Source: Octopus bimaculoides (Eukaryota). Taken from it: 64,000 nucleotides of DNA. The notes below the pieces were generated by a model that had not been told where the DNA came from, made no database searches, and saw only the letters and a program-made list of their open reading frames with translations. The stretch covers positions 54,947,515 through 55,011,514 of the forward strand of contig NC_068994.1 of NCBI RefSeq assembly GCF_001194135.2, read 5' to 3'. Positions within the stretch are counted from its first letter, which is position 1; the number at the start of each line of letters is the position of its first letter. Positions 23,816-37,049 of the stretch are shown one piece after another. The position numbers were made by a program, and so were the translations under genes.

Positions 23816-24590
23816 GGCACTGGAGTCGGTTGTTTGTCTTGGACGGCTCAATTGTTTTTACTGGTTGTTCCAGCTCTGTATCGTAGCGAACTCCTTCCTA
23901 ACACAAAAGGAGCTGTATTTAAAGTTACACGATAATAAAAATTTATTAAAGATTCATTCGTGATTAAATCGAAAAAACTACGCAATCATTTGTCACTTTC
24001 GATTTTCAGATACAGGAATCGGTTGTTTGTCTTGGAAGGTCTTATTGTTTTACTGGTAATTCCAGCAATGTATCGACCTCCTTCGTGACTGAGAGGGTTG
24101 TATGTAAGCTAATAATAATAATAATGACGATGGTTTAAAGAATAAGCTCTAGTCATTGATTAGATCGAGAGAGAAAAAAAACAACAAAACCTACACATTC
24201 CTCTAGCACTTCGATTTTCAGATTCTAGAATTGGTTGTTTGTCTTTGTGGCTTTGTTTCTAGCAGTTCCAGTTCTGTATCGACCTCCTTCGCGACACAAA
24301 GAAAGAGTTGTATTATTTAAACAAACAAACGAACGAACAAAAATGATTTAAAAACTAAAGGCTCGTCTTTCATTAGATCGGAGAAGAAAAACTACACCAT
24401 ATTCTGTCACTTCGATTTTCCAGATTCTGGAGTTATTTGTTTATCTTTGAGGGCTTTATTGTTTTTTATTTTCTCGTAGTTCTAGGTCTCTATCGACCTC
24501 CTTGGCGACAGACGGGGGCTGTAGTGAAAAGGAAGAAGAAAATAAAAGAAATACACGTCATGGAAATTACATAATCCTCTGTCACTTCGC
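23810..24590. repeat. Degenerate tandem array of about 4 units of 190-215 bp
   Basis: Recurrent cores CACTT(T)CGATTTT(C)CAGAT at ~23994, 24207 and 24408 (truncated at 24583), and TATCGACCTCCTT at 24071, 24277 and 24491 (variant at ~23880). Confidence 0.85.
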
Positions 24591-26279
24591 AACGTGTATT
24601 ATTGCTTAATCAAAACAGAAACGGTAGACCACCAGGTTATTCATTTATTCATTTGTTTATTTATTTATTCGTTTGTTTATTTATTTATTTATTTATTTAT
24701 TTACTTAATCGTCGATGTGACCCAATCAAGGCCATAAGGAAGATTTCTATAAGGGAGACAGTAGTTTATTTAACAATTTGCACATTCACGCCACACAGGG
24801 TTTGGTCTTCGTGCTTCATTCTTGGTTTTGTTTATAAATTTACGAATTAACGGTTTATGTACGATTCAACCACGTAGAGTAAAAAGGTAGAATTTCTTTA
24901 GACAGAATACAAAGAGGTTTTTGCTCCTGAGAGTTGTCTACTAGCCCAATCAACCAAAGTATGAAGAGAAATCAAATGAGTCAATCTCAGCACATGACAG
25001 GAAGATTTTTATTTTTTTGCTTAATAACGGTTCCCAGAAGGTATTGTCAAATAGTATCCTTTATTGCCGAACAATACCTCTATAGTTTGTTCTGTCTATC
25101 TTTGGGTCTATGCCTATTGCTGTCTTTGCCTTCCATAGGGTCTTCAACCAAATCAGATTGAAGGCTGTGTTGTCGTTTGTTCACTCACGTCACAGAGATC
25201 GTATCGTTGCTAGATCTTTCTTTGTTGAGGGAAAGCTACTTGTAGAGTAACCAAAGCAAACTCATGACATTTAACTTTAATATTTATTGGCAGACATAAT
25301 ATATTCGGTGTTGATTATTCACAATGAAAAAATATTAATAATTGTCAACTAAACTGTGCCACGTCTGTAGAAGCTACTTATAGGACATTGTGTGAATGTT
25401 CAGAAGAAGTCTGTCTGCTCAAAAGTCTGAAGCTATCTGCTCAAATGTTGGAGGCCATCTGCCTTACATGAAGTGAGGCATGTGAATCAGTTGGCCTGAC
25501 TGGCCCCCGTGCTGGTGGCACGTAAAAAGCACCCACTACACTCTCAGAGTGGTTGGCATTAGGAAGGACATCCAACTGTAGAAACCTTGCCAGATCAGAT
25601 TGGAGCCTGGTGCAGCCTTCTAGCTTACCAGTCCTCAGTCAAACCGTCCAACCCATGCCAGCATGGAAAGCAGAAGTTAAATGACAATGATGATGATAAT
25701 GAGTCACCTATGCGTCAATGGTGTCTACACGTCCCCAGAAGCCAAAACCTAAAAGTAAGCTTGATATTTAGAAATATTTTCAGATATTTTCAGAGTGCCC
25801 TCATTAACTGCTGATGATGTCACTAAGATGACTATTCTGGTAAAATACCTAAACCGTATCTCATCTAAACCTTTAGCATTCAGATTACTCAGTCAAATGT
25901 AATGTTTATTTATTTCACATTGTTTTGAATTAGTCATGCATTATCTCTTAGCTTTGAGGTTTCAACGGTGTGAGTTTTTACTTTTAGAATGACATTGTAG
26001 GGTAGGTGTGAAAGACTGGATCTAGCTGGTTTGAACATAAAACAAATGTTAAAGGGTTGAGAGGATTATTTTCCTAGTTGGTTGTGCTTAGACTCTTTCT
26101 GTTACTTTTATAATTCAGTCCATCCATTTGATGTTTGTGTGGTTGCTTCCTTCTTCAACATTTCCCATGGCCTTGTAACTAATATACTAGTCATTGGTTA
26201 TGATATTTCCCTGTATTCAGGGCCATTTTAGCATCATTAACATTTCCCTTGGAAGATCAAACCAATATTACAGTTCTAT

Positions 26280-26445
26280 ATTTAAGAAATGAGGAATTAT
26301 GTACATTATTTACATTATTGACATAATGATAACCCAGGTTCGAAATTTCCCCAAGACACCTGATGAAGGCTGGAGGGTATATCAGCCGAAATGTTGTGTT
26401 AACAACAAAGATGAAGACAAATATCCGTCAAATGTAAATAATGTC
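26280..26445 (+). mobile_element. Penelope-like element terminal fragment carrying the hammerhead
   Basis: The hammerhead is followed by ...GACAAATATCCGTCAAATGTAAATAATGT and preceded by an inverted copy of the same tail (GTACATTATTTACATTATT). A related tail fragment occurs in reverse at ~5980-6020. Confidence 0.55.
26355..26400 (+). ncRNA. Minimal type-I hammerhead ribozyme of the Penelope-like retroelement class
   Basis: GACAC-CTGATGA-A-GGCTG(GAGGGTATAT)CAGCC-GAA-ATGT-T-GTGTT. Both core motifs are present, with a 5-bp stem II and stem I GACAC/GTGTT. Confidence 0.7.
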
Positions 26446-27450
26446 CTGTAATATAGTTTATTGACAACGAACCATGGCATACATAGATCAGAATCAGGCC
26501 TCTAAGCCTGTAAGCCCCTGTGTATATCAATGCTCTGAGTCCTGTAGTATTCATTTATTGAAAGCACACCATAGTGTACATAGATTAGAATTGGATCCCT
26601 AGACCTATGGGATCCCCAGGCAAGTGTCCAGGCCTTAACCCATTTTATCCCAATGTGTACAATTGTAAACCTTGCATATTATTTACCAGAGAACAGGTTA
26701 TTGTCAACTGACAGGCTTAACTTGTGTGATACACACATATGCAGGGTTATTCAGTTCATTTTTGACATTGTGGTCATTTAGATATTTTTTGTTTTGATTG
26801 CAAACTTGAAAAAATGGAAATCACAATAACACAAAAACACAAAGCTATTTTGTAAACACATTTTGTGTGTGTGTGATGGAGAAAAAGCAATAAATTTGTT
26901 CAGAGTTACAACACGTGCTTTGTTGTCGTTTTTCAGTTTTTGACCTGATATCATATTAATGTCTACATCTCTTTTCTTCCCTATATTTCCTCTCTTTCAG
27001 TTTCTGCCTACCAAATACAACTAAGTGTGTTTCGCACCGAAAGCATATATGTATATATATAAAACAAAAAACATTGGACTGACTCCTGTGCAGGTGGCAC
27101 GTAAAAAACTCCCATTTGAGCGTGGCCACTGCCAGTACCACCGGACTGGCCCTCGTGCCAGTGGCACATGAAAAGCACCCACTTCACTCTCAGAGTGGTT
27201 GGCATTAGGAAGGGCATCCAGCTGTAGAAACTGCCAGATCAGATTGGAGTTTGGTGTAGCCATCTGGTTTGCCAGTCCCCAGTCAGATCGTCCAACCCAT
27301 GCTAGCATGGAAAACGGACGTTAAATGATGATATATATATATATATATACATATATATATAAATGATACATATATATATATAAATGATATATATATATAT
27401 ATATATATATATATCATTTATATATATATAAATGATGATGATGATGATGA

Positions 27451-27543
<93 letters not shown>

Positions 27544-28969
27544 TCATATGGATCGCTGTGCTTGTTATCTACAGAGTAAATGTTACATTCCATTAACAAT
27601 GTAAAAAGGAATTTAAAGACAAAATTTCCATCCTACAATCTGGTAATTTTTAGAAATCTTGAAAAACAAAGAGTAAGAAAAATAAGAATAAAAAATGCAT
27701 GACAAAAAGTAAGAATCAAATAGTATATTGCTGGTGCTGAAATTCTACTTTGCAAAATGAAACCTAAAAATATTCCTGCAAGAATTCAACACATTTTCAA
27801 CAAATACAGAAATTGTGGAACACTCATTTAAGAGATATTTGTTTTTAATTTGTCTTTTAGGATGATTTTTAGTTCTTCCAATTTAAGTTACTATTATCAT
27901 TTTTACAGCATTTTTGGAGGGTTTTTTGTGTGTGAGATTCTATATCTTAAAAGAAATTCTGGATTTGTTTTTTCAAGTGTATATATTCGTTTTTACTCTA
28001 GGCACAAGGCACAAAATTTTGGGGGAGGGGACCAGTTGATTAGATCAACCCCAGTACACAACAGAGTGTAAAGACAGACAAGACACTGCTAAGTGTTTTA
28101 TCCTGCTCATGATTCTGTCAACCTGCCACATATAAACACATAGATCTATATATTTACGTCTCCCTATATATATCTATTTATGTATACATACTTGCACATA
28201 CACACACACACACACAGATATACTTATATGTGTGTGTGTGTGTGTGCATGTGCATGTGTGTGTATCTTTACTTAGAAATGTACTCTAGCATTCACACATA
28301 CATACACAATATATATTAGCAATGTTCAGGCTCAAGTCAAAATTTTCCAAGTGTCATTCACCTACTTATTATAAACTATTTCATACAAGGAGAGAAAGAG
28401 AGACAGAGAGATGGAGGTGGGGAGAAATTATGGTTAGAAAGAGAGAAAGGAAAGTGAGTGTAGGTGGGGGTGAGGTGAAAGAAAAGACAAGAGATTGGAA
28501 ACATACATTCGTATAGAATTATGTCTACTTAAAATCTAACAAAGAACCTTATTATCATCATCATCATAATCATCATTGAGTGAGAGAGTAGTGCATGCCA
28601 TCAAAATGACACAGGGGTACAAATACATGAAGCCCAGTATACCCATCATGATTACTACCTGTCTGATAAAGTTACACTAGGCACATGCATCACAACCATG
28701 TGTGCATGACATGCTGATCTCATACCAAGATAAACAGCACATGACCTTGCAGGTGACGTTCCTGTATAAGCGTTGTTTATGGATGTTGAACAAAACACCC
28801 AGGTTTCCAGAGGTGAATCATTCAAACCTGTTCTGAGTTCAAATTCTGCCGAGGTCGACATTGCCTTTCATCCTTCTGGGGTTGATCAAATAACTACCAA
28901 TTCAGTACAAGGGTCACGATAACTGACTAGCCCCTCCCCAAAAATTTCAGACCTTGTGCCTTCAGTTGA

Positions 28970-29000
<31 letters not shown>

Positions 29001-30394
29001 TGTATTATCATGTCCTTCTTAACACCAACCACTTTACAGAGTGTACTGGGTGCTTTTTACATGGCACCAGCTCTGGTGAGGTGTTGCCAAGTGCTTGCAA
29101 GATCAAACCCCTTAACCAAGTAGGGTACAAACTGGAAGAAGAAAGTATGATAGAAGTAGAGAAGCAAGTGTCTTGCTGAAGAGCTGAATGCATAACTTGC
29201 CCACCAGAAAAGTGAGAGACAGAGAGAGAAAGAAAGAGATATGAGGTCCAGGTACAACGTGAATGTAAGACACAATCTGATAGAAAAGATGGATGTGTAG
29301 ATAAGAACATTGAGTGAAAACAACGTGACAGATGATAGACATAAATAAATACCACAGGCTCCTTTCAGTTTCTGTCTACCAAATTCATTCACAAGGCTTT
29401 GGTTGGCCCATGCCTATCTTAAAAAAACACTCACCCAAGGTGTCACACAATGAGATTGAACTTGAAATCATGCATTTGGGAAGCAAACTTCTTACCACAG
29501 CCATGCTTTTGCCTGTGTGTATGTATATGTATGTAAGTCTTAACAAATAGCATAAAAATATATAACCAATACCAAATGCATAAATAATTTGGATAATTTA
29601 ATTCAGCCACCAGAAGATATTGTTATGCAAAAATTCTAAGATTCCACATGTTTATTCATTTGGCCAAAACAGAATGAAAACATTGATAGAAACAAATGAT
29701 ATTGCTAAACGGTGGATGGATAAACGTTTCTCATTGGCTAGCACAAGTTTCACACTGATGTCATGTGATCCTAAACATTGATCAACAAGGAGCAAAAGAT
29801 AAAAATCTTGAGAATGTTTTTGTTTTTGGTTGGATGTAAGGGAGATGACTTATGGATTTGGGAATCAAGAGAAGATAATTAGAGACATACATATGTACAC
29901 ACACCTCATTATCCTCCTCAGAATTATTTAACGTCCATTTTACCTGCTGACATGGGTTGGACTGTTTGACACAGTCTGGTGAATTGTAGTGCTGTGCTGA
30001 GCATCAAACTCAGCTTTGGCATAGTTTGTTTGGCTGGATGCCCTTCCTAATGCCAACCACTTTACAGTGTGTACTGGGTACTTTTTTCATGCCATTGGCA
30101 CTAGTGTGATTGCCAAGTAAGTTACAAGAGAGAGAGAGAGAGAACAAGGAAGAGTGAATGTGAGGAATTGGAAGAAAGCCATTAAGCATGTTGAATGATG
30201 TGTTAATGATTCAGCCAGCTTACCATGTTACGTTATAATAATAATTATGGTTTCAGATTGTGGCAGAAGGCCAGCAATTCCGAGGGCAAGCATTAAATTG
30301 ATAACATTGACCACAGTATTCAACTGGTATCTATCTTATTTACCATGAAAGGAGAAAATACTAAATTTACCTCAGGAAAATTTGAACTCAGAAT

Positions 30395-31252
30395 GATAGC
30401 TTTGACTGGGTTCTCCTGCTTGTGTGACATGGTGCAGAGTCCTGTTACCAGACACAGGGTATTCCAGCAGCCACTCTCTTGACCCAGGGCAGCACTACCT
30501 CCTCCAGGCACTTGATGTAAGCCGCTGTGTTGAGTCTGAGGTTGTGTGAGAAGATGAATGGAGGCATAACGTCATCATCATTAGTGATCACTCCAAACAC
30601 CATCATGTTAACTGGATTTTTGATTTTAAAACTCTCGGTACTTGTTCTCATCTGAGAAAAACCAAAGCATGCTTGGTTGGAGGGGATGCTTGAGTTTGTT
30701 CAAAAGCTTCATAGCATGATCTTACCTCTTGCCCTTGATGGGCTAGAATAAAAATTGGCCCTTTCTCATCTTGTATGAGAAATGCTATATGTCTTCATGC
30801 ACTACCTGCCTGATAAGACACTCAGACACTCCCATGTCTCTGGCGATGGACCTGATTGACTTGGAGAGATCATTATCAATCATGGCCTGGATCTCACCAA
30901 CACATTCAGGAGTCCTTTTCTTATCAGAATGATCAGAATGAGTTGTCTGAGCTTCCATACCTTCATAATCACCATTAGACACATCCAACTCCTTCTGAAT
31001 CCTCTGCACTCTCCTCAGATTGATACCGAAACACTCTGAAATGTTTGTAATGGAGCTCTTGGCATGAATGCCAGTACAGTATGTCATTTCCAAATTTCTA
31101 GCAGAGTGAATTGCGTCATGGTTCTGTCTTTCTCACAGATGGTGCCCAACTGACCCTACCATACTGTGTAGTTGATAAAATCAAAAAACAAACAATGCAC
31201 ATGTGCAAAATTAAAATATATAAAAGGGCAACAATTTAACCATCGCACCCTG
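30395..31252 (-). mobile_element. Decayed Tc1/mariner-superfamily transposon (DD37D/maT-like), 5' TIR intact, 3' truncated
   Basis: TA|CAGGGTGCGATGG terminus at 31254-31240. HTH region (SKSIRSIARDMGVSECLIRQVVHEDI), FFSDE, VMVFGVIT..VMPPFIF, and QDSAPCHTSRRTQ are all present but broken by stops and frameshifts. Confidence 0.85.
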
Positions 31253-32379
31253 TACACACGTACACACACGCGCGCGCACACAGAAAGAGATAAATCAATA
31301 CACACAGATAGATCCATGTTTGTTTATTGTCACATCAGGCAGTTAACAATTTGTTACACAAAGTAAACAAAAATACATGAAAAAAAAAAACCCACAAGGA
31401 TCCATAGCATAAATTGAATATATGTGAAGACATCTAGCTAAAACAGAGAAGTTTTCTTTTGACAAGGCACAAAGGCCCTATATTTATAAAGGGATAAACA
31501 ACATGAAGAGAAACTGTGACAATCATGCCTTTCCCTATCCAAGGAAACCAGCACAGCAAGCAAATTGAAGGAGTTTTTTTAAGCAGGAATCCAATCCAGT
31601 TTTCATGGACATAACCTGCCAGAATCTTCACCCCTTTGCTCAAAAGTGCTCACTACAATACCCACACACACACACACATACACACATCATTTAAAGTACA
31701 CAATTACAAAAAACTACTTATAGTTTCATGCTTCAAGATACATTAAATTGGCAGATTTGTATAACATGCCATGTACCTCTAAGCAATCTTTCAGACTCAG
31801 TTCATAATGTCAGATGTATTTATATATGCACACACATACCTACTATATATGCATGTATGTCTGTAGGTATATATGTATATATACATGTGTACATATATAT
31901 GTATGTATGTCTAATCATCTGATGAAGATTCTAATTAGAATAGAAACTGTGATTCTTGCTTACTGATTATAAATTTTCTGTTTATAATTTTAGTAGGTTT
32001 TCAAATCCAATCACCATCAAAAAAAAAAGAAAAAAAAAAGGAAGAAGAAAGAAGAAAAAAAAAGGGTACACAGCAAGACTTAAGCCTTTCGAGACCACAT
32101 CCCTAAAGAAATACATTGTCTATCTGCTTCGTTTAATTTTCAAAGAAATCAAGGATGGCTGGTTTTAATGAAATAAAATTTTGTGATGGTCAAGTTGACT
32201 GCATCTTCAAGTTTTGACCTGCAGTTTCTTCAACCAGTTGAACAAGCCAACAGCTGGAACTTCGAGTTCCATTCAACATTTGACCTTCGCAATAAATTTG
32301 GATTTACTATGAGTACAGAGTCACATCAACAATAAACATTTGGTTACTTTTCTTAAAAGCGCTCTAAATAAACCTTTCT

Positions 32380-33045
32380 TCAATGCACAGAGCCAGCAAA
32401 TTTGGGGGAGAGGGTAAGTTGATTACATCAACCCCAGGGCTCAACTGGTTCATATCTGATTGACTCCAAAAGGATAAAAGGCAAAGTTAACCCCAGCAGA
32501 ATTTGAACCCAGAACATAGTGATGGGTGAAATACTGCTAAGCATTCATCCAACGTGCTAACGATTCTGCCAGCTCACCGCCTTCACCATAATAATAATAA
32601 TAATAATAATAATCCTTTCTACTTTAGGTGAGAGGTCAGTTGATTAGATCAACCCCAGTATGCAACTGGTACTTAATTTATTGACCCTGAAAGGATTAAA
32701 AGTAAAGTCGACCTTGGCAGAATTTGAACTCAGAATGTAAAGACAGACGTAATACCACTAAGCATTTCCCCTGGCATGCTAATGTTTCTGTCAGCTTGCC
32801 ACCTTAATAATAATAATAATAATAATGGATTCAAATTTTTCCACAAGGGCAGTAGTTTTGGGAGAAGGGATATGTCGATTTCATCAACTCTAGTGCGTAA
32901 CTGGTACTTAATTTATCAATGCCAAAACGATGAAAGGTAAAGTCGACCACAGCGGAATTTGAACTCAGAATGTAGCAAATGGCGAAATACCACTAAGCAT
33001 TTTGTCCATTGCTTTACCGATTCTGCCAGCTCACTGCCGTTAAAG
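32380..33045 (-). mobile_element. Three tandem copies of (AAT)n-tailed SINE family C; others at ~19190-19330, 28830-29000(+), 33885-34080, 45120-45300, 54460-54650(+) and 62095-62300
   Basis: Repeated GGCAAAGTCGACC..GG..GAATTTGAACTCAGAA..TAA.. bodies separated by (AAT)n. The reverse strand has a tRNA-like head and a GTCGACTTTGCCTTTCATCC core (Meta-domain-like as recalled). Confidence 0.8.
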
Positions 33046-33119
33046 GTACTTTAAATAATAACATTAATTCTAACATTAAAATGACGAATATATTTTCCAG
33101 CATTCAAATTGACATAATG

Positions 33120-33510
33120 TCTTGGCACTCCGTTGGTTACGACGACAAGGGTTCTAATTGATCCGATCAATGGAACAGCTTGCTCGTGAAATTAACATGC
33201 AAGTGGCTGAGCACTCCACAGACATGTGTACCCTTAACGTAGTTCTCGGGGATAGTCAGTGTGACACAGAGTGTGACAAGGCTGGCCCTTCGAAACACAG
33301 GTACAACAGAAACAGGGAGAAAGTTGTGGTGAAAGAGTACAGCAAGGTTTGTCACCATCCCCTGCCGGAGCCTTGTGGAACTTTAGGTGCTTTTGCTCAA
33401 TAAACTTTAGGTGCTTTCGCTCAATAAACACTCACAATGCCCAGTCTGGGAATCGAAACTGTGATCCAACAACCGCGAGTCCACTGCCCTACCCACTGGG
33501 CCATTGTACC
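33120..33510 (-). mobile_element. Another tRNA-headed SINE
   Basis: The reverse strand reads CAATGGCCCAGTGGGTAGGGCAGTGGACTCGCGG...TTTCGATTCCCAGACTGGGCA (tRNA-like). A shorter related body occurs at ~34115-34175. Confidence 0.65.
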
Positions 33511-34080
33511 TCCACTGACATAGTGTAAACATTGAAACAGATTTACTATCCTTCCAAGTCTTGCTGCTTTTCAGATGGAGTTTTTGGGCCTCTTATGTTG
33601 TCCTACCTTTTTGGCTGTAAAGTTTGGAAGTTGAAAAATTCCTCTTATATGCTGGAAAACAACAAAGATTTAAATTTAAATTAAAAATAAATACTTTAAA
33701 ACTGATATTTCTGTATCAATAGAACTAGCAGTGAACTAAGGTCCTAATTCTTTTGGTAACGAAAATATCAATACATTTAATTAAAAAAACTTATTTAACC
33801 AAACACTAATAGATCGTGGTGGAATCTCTGTTGGTTTCAGTGTCATGCATTTGCTCATCTGCTCAACTGCATTCCTGTTCATAATACTGGTTTCAAATTT
33901 TGGCACAAGGTCAGCAATTTCAGGGGAGGAGCTAAGTCGATTACATTGACACCAGTGTGCAGCTGGTACTTATTTTATCAAATCAAAAAGGAAGAAAGAC
34001 AAAGTTGACCTCGGTGGAATTTGAACTCAGGACATAAAGATGAATGAAATGTTGCTAAGCATTTTGTGCAGCGCGCACCT

Positions 34081-34119
<39 letters not shown>

Positions 34120-34504
34120 TTAACATGTAAATAGCTGAGTATTCCCAGTACATGACCATTGCCCCTGTAGCAAATGGATTTGGATGAATGCTCCCACAAC
34201 TTTGGTGCAAATATAATTATCTAACATTTATTTATAATTAGACATAATTATAATGGTGGACCCATTATAATAATTAAGGAAGTTCCTGGTCAGCATCATG
34301 GTTATTATGTGTACTCTAAACATCTTTGGCCTGAATCAGCATCAAACAATGTGATAAGGGAGAGAGAAGGATTATTGATTCCCAGTAGATGACTGGTATT
34401 TTATTTAACAGCCCTGAAAAGATAACAAGCAAAGTTGACCTCCCTGACATTTGAACAAGAGCAGAGAAAACAGGATGAATGACCACAAGGCATTCTATCA
34501 GATG

Positions 34505-34700
34505 TGGAAGTGAATGGCTTAGTGGTTAGGGTGTCGGACTCATGATCGTAAGATTGTGGTTTCAATTCCTGGACCGAGCAATGCATTGCGTTCTTGAGCA
34601 AAACCCTTCATTTCAAGTTATTCCATTCCACTCAACTGGAAAAGACGAGTATTCCTGCAATAGACTGGCATCTCGTCTGAGAAGGAATACATGCGCCAGA
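34505..34700 (+). mobile_element. tRNA-headed SINE; related reverse copy at ~56370-56480
   Basis: TGGCTTAGTGGTTAGGGTGTCGGACTC...GGTTTCAATTCC head followed by GTTCTTGAGCAAAAC.CTTCATTTCA body. Confidence 0.6.
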
Positions 34701-35421
34701 GAAACAGGGAAACCATCCCTATGTTCCTTACAGAGTAATGTGGACTAACCATTCTATCAGATATCCTAAGAACTCTGCTAATACTTACTCGCAACCTTCT
34801 GATATCTCCAAAGCTAATTACATCAACCAAGCTTTTTAGTCATTTTCATTTTGGCAAGTTTTTACGTAATATTCATTATTGTTATGTCCTAACCATTTTT
34901 AGTGGCGGAACAGAATAAAAGAAATGCTTGCGTTTACAGTTAGAAGAGATAAAGAGACTTTGGTTTTAGTTATACTGGAACCGGTGATTANNNNNNNNNN
35001 NNNNNNNNNNNNNNNNNNNNNNNNNNNNNNNNNNNNNNNNNNNNNNNNNNNNNNNNNNNNNNNNNNNNNNNNNNNNNNNNNNNNNNNNNNNNNNNNNNNN
35101 NNNNNNNNNNNNNNNNNNNNNNNNNNNNNNNNNNNNNNNNNNNNNNNNNNNNNNNNNNNNNNNNNNNNNNNNNNNNNNNNNNNNNNNNNNNNNNNNNNNN
35201 NNNNNNNNNNNNNNNNNNNNNNNNNNNNNNNNNNNNNNNNNNNNNNNNNNNNNNNNNNNNNNNNNNNNNNNNNNNNNNNNNNNNNNNNNNNNNNNNNNNN
35301 NNNNNNNNNNNNNNNNNNNNNNNNNNNNNNNNNNNNNNNNNNNNNNNNNNNNNNNNNNNNNNNNNNNNNNNNNNNNNNNNNNNNNNNNNNNNNNNNNNNN
35401 NNNNNNNNNNNNNNNNNNNNN

Positions 35422-35460
<39 letters not shown>

Positions 35461-37049
35461 CATAAAAGAAAGAAACACAAAAATAAATAAATTCAATAAA
35501 AAAAACACTCAAAAATGTCATCTACAAACATATACAAATGTATGCATTCATACACACACATACACACAAATGAATAAATTATAATAAATTAAAAAAAATA
35601 ATAAATATACAGTAATACTTTTTAGCGATATCTTCTAGTGTTAGTGCTGAATGGAGGAACAATCGTACTGTGAAGATCATAGCAGAAAAGACTCCAGTCT
35701 AACGACATCTAGATTGTTCAACTAACATTCATGCATTTATACGATGGATGGTTTCAGTCGACTACTGTGGACACAGGGATGGAATACATTGAGTTGTATA
35801 TGGGTATACACAGGCAGGTGCATGCATGTATGTGTGCGAGTGTGTGTATGTCTGAGTGTGTGTGTGTGTGTGTGTGTATACTGCTATCATCACTATCATT
35901 CTCAAAATAATGAAAATGATACACACACATATAACAAACATTTTTTTCTCTGACACTCAACACTATATAAATACACACACACACACACACATCACATCAC
36001 AAACACAGGTACAACTCCTTGAAAAGAAAATCAAGCAATTATTATAATTATCATAAATTTTTGATTTATAATTCCAATCTCAGGAAAAAAAAAAAAAATA
36101 ACAGGAAAGGAAAATTATTCAATGCAGTTTGTTTGCAGAAGCTATTCGTGTACGCCTAATATTTCTGCTGCACAGCACATAGAAATTGAACTACATTTGG
36201 TGAAGAAAACAGTGAAAACTAGATGGAACCAGTCTGCTTACAGACCCAACTGTATTTTTTTCTGGTTATGTGGTTGTTTTTTTTTTTTCATGTTTTTTTT
36301 TTAATATTTGATGTGTTTGTTGCTCAGTCTTCATATCAATTTTGAACCTACAGATCTATGGTCAAAGACATTCCAACCGTGACCATCCCATCTTTTTTGT
36401 ATTTTTTTTTTCTTCAGACAGTGGACTACACTCTTCAATATGTCCTTTTTTTCTAATTTTCTTTTAAAAGACGGTAAGGTGTGATTTCAGAGAAATTTGG
36501 CTGCTATTTCTAATAGGTTAAACAGTCATGTAAAAGGTCTTTCGTTGGCTTATTTGTGGCTTTGTTTATTTCTGTGTGCTGTTGTTGCTGCTGTTGTGGT
36601 TAATTCCAGGTTAATTTTGATCAAGGCACTCCAGCCATGATCATCCCCCATTATTTCAATGGAATAACTAGGACTAAATTATTCAAAGTGTCCCTTCCTT
36701 ATGATGGTGGTGCAATATAATTATATTAAGGGGGGGATTTGACTGCTATTTCTAGCAGATCGAGTGACCATGTAGAGGCTCTCTTGTTGGTTTGTTTATG
36801 TAGATATGTATGTATATTGATTATATGTGTGTTCGTGTGCATGTGTGTTCAGTTGTGTGTATGTGTATAACCACGGTGTTCCAATAAGATTGTAAGAAAC
36901 TGTTTAATAAAAATTGAACAGTAACGAGAGGGGGGGGGGAAATATAAAAAAGAACAACAAAAAACTATAAGAAAAACAACACAGGACTGAAACAACAATT
37001 CAAGAAGAAAAGAAAGAAAAATGGCAGTGATAAATCAGTTGTGATATCA

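Noticed and set aside
23747-23935. 62-aa plus-strand ORF crossing the CRE and the first 200-bp unit
   Set aside because: The equivalent frames in units 3 and 4 hit early stops, and there is no recognisable product.
34505-34580. tRNA-like sequences here and at ~33430-33505, 38110-38175 and in family-A heads as tRNA genes
   Set aside because: They lack a complete cloverleaf and acceptor stem and continue into repeat bodies, so they are SINE heads.
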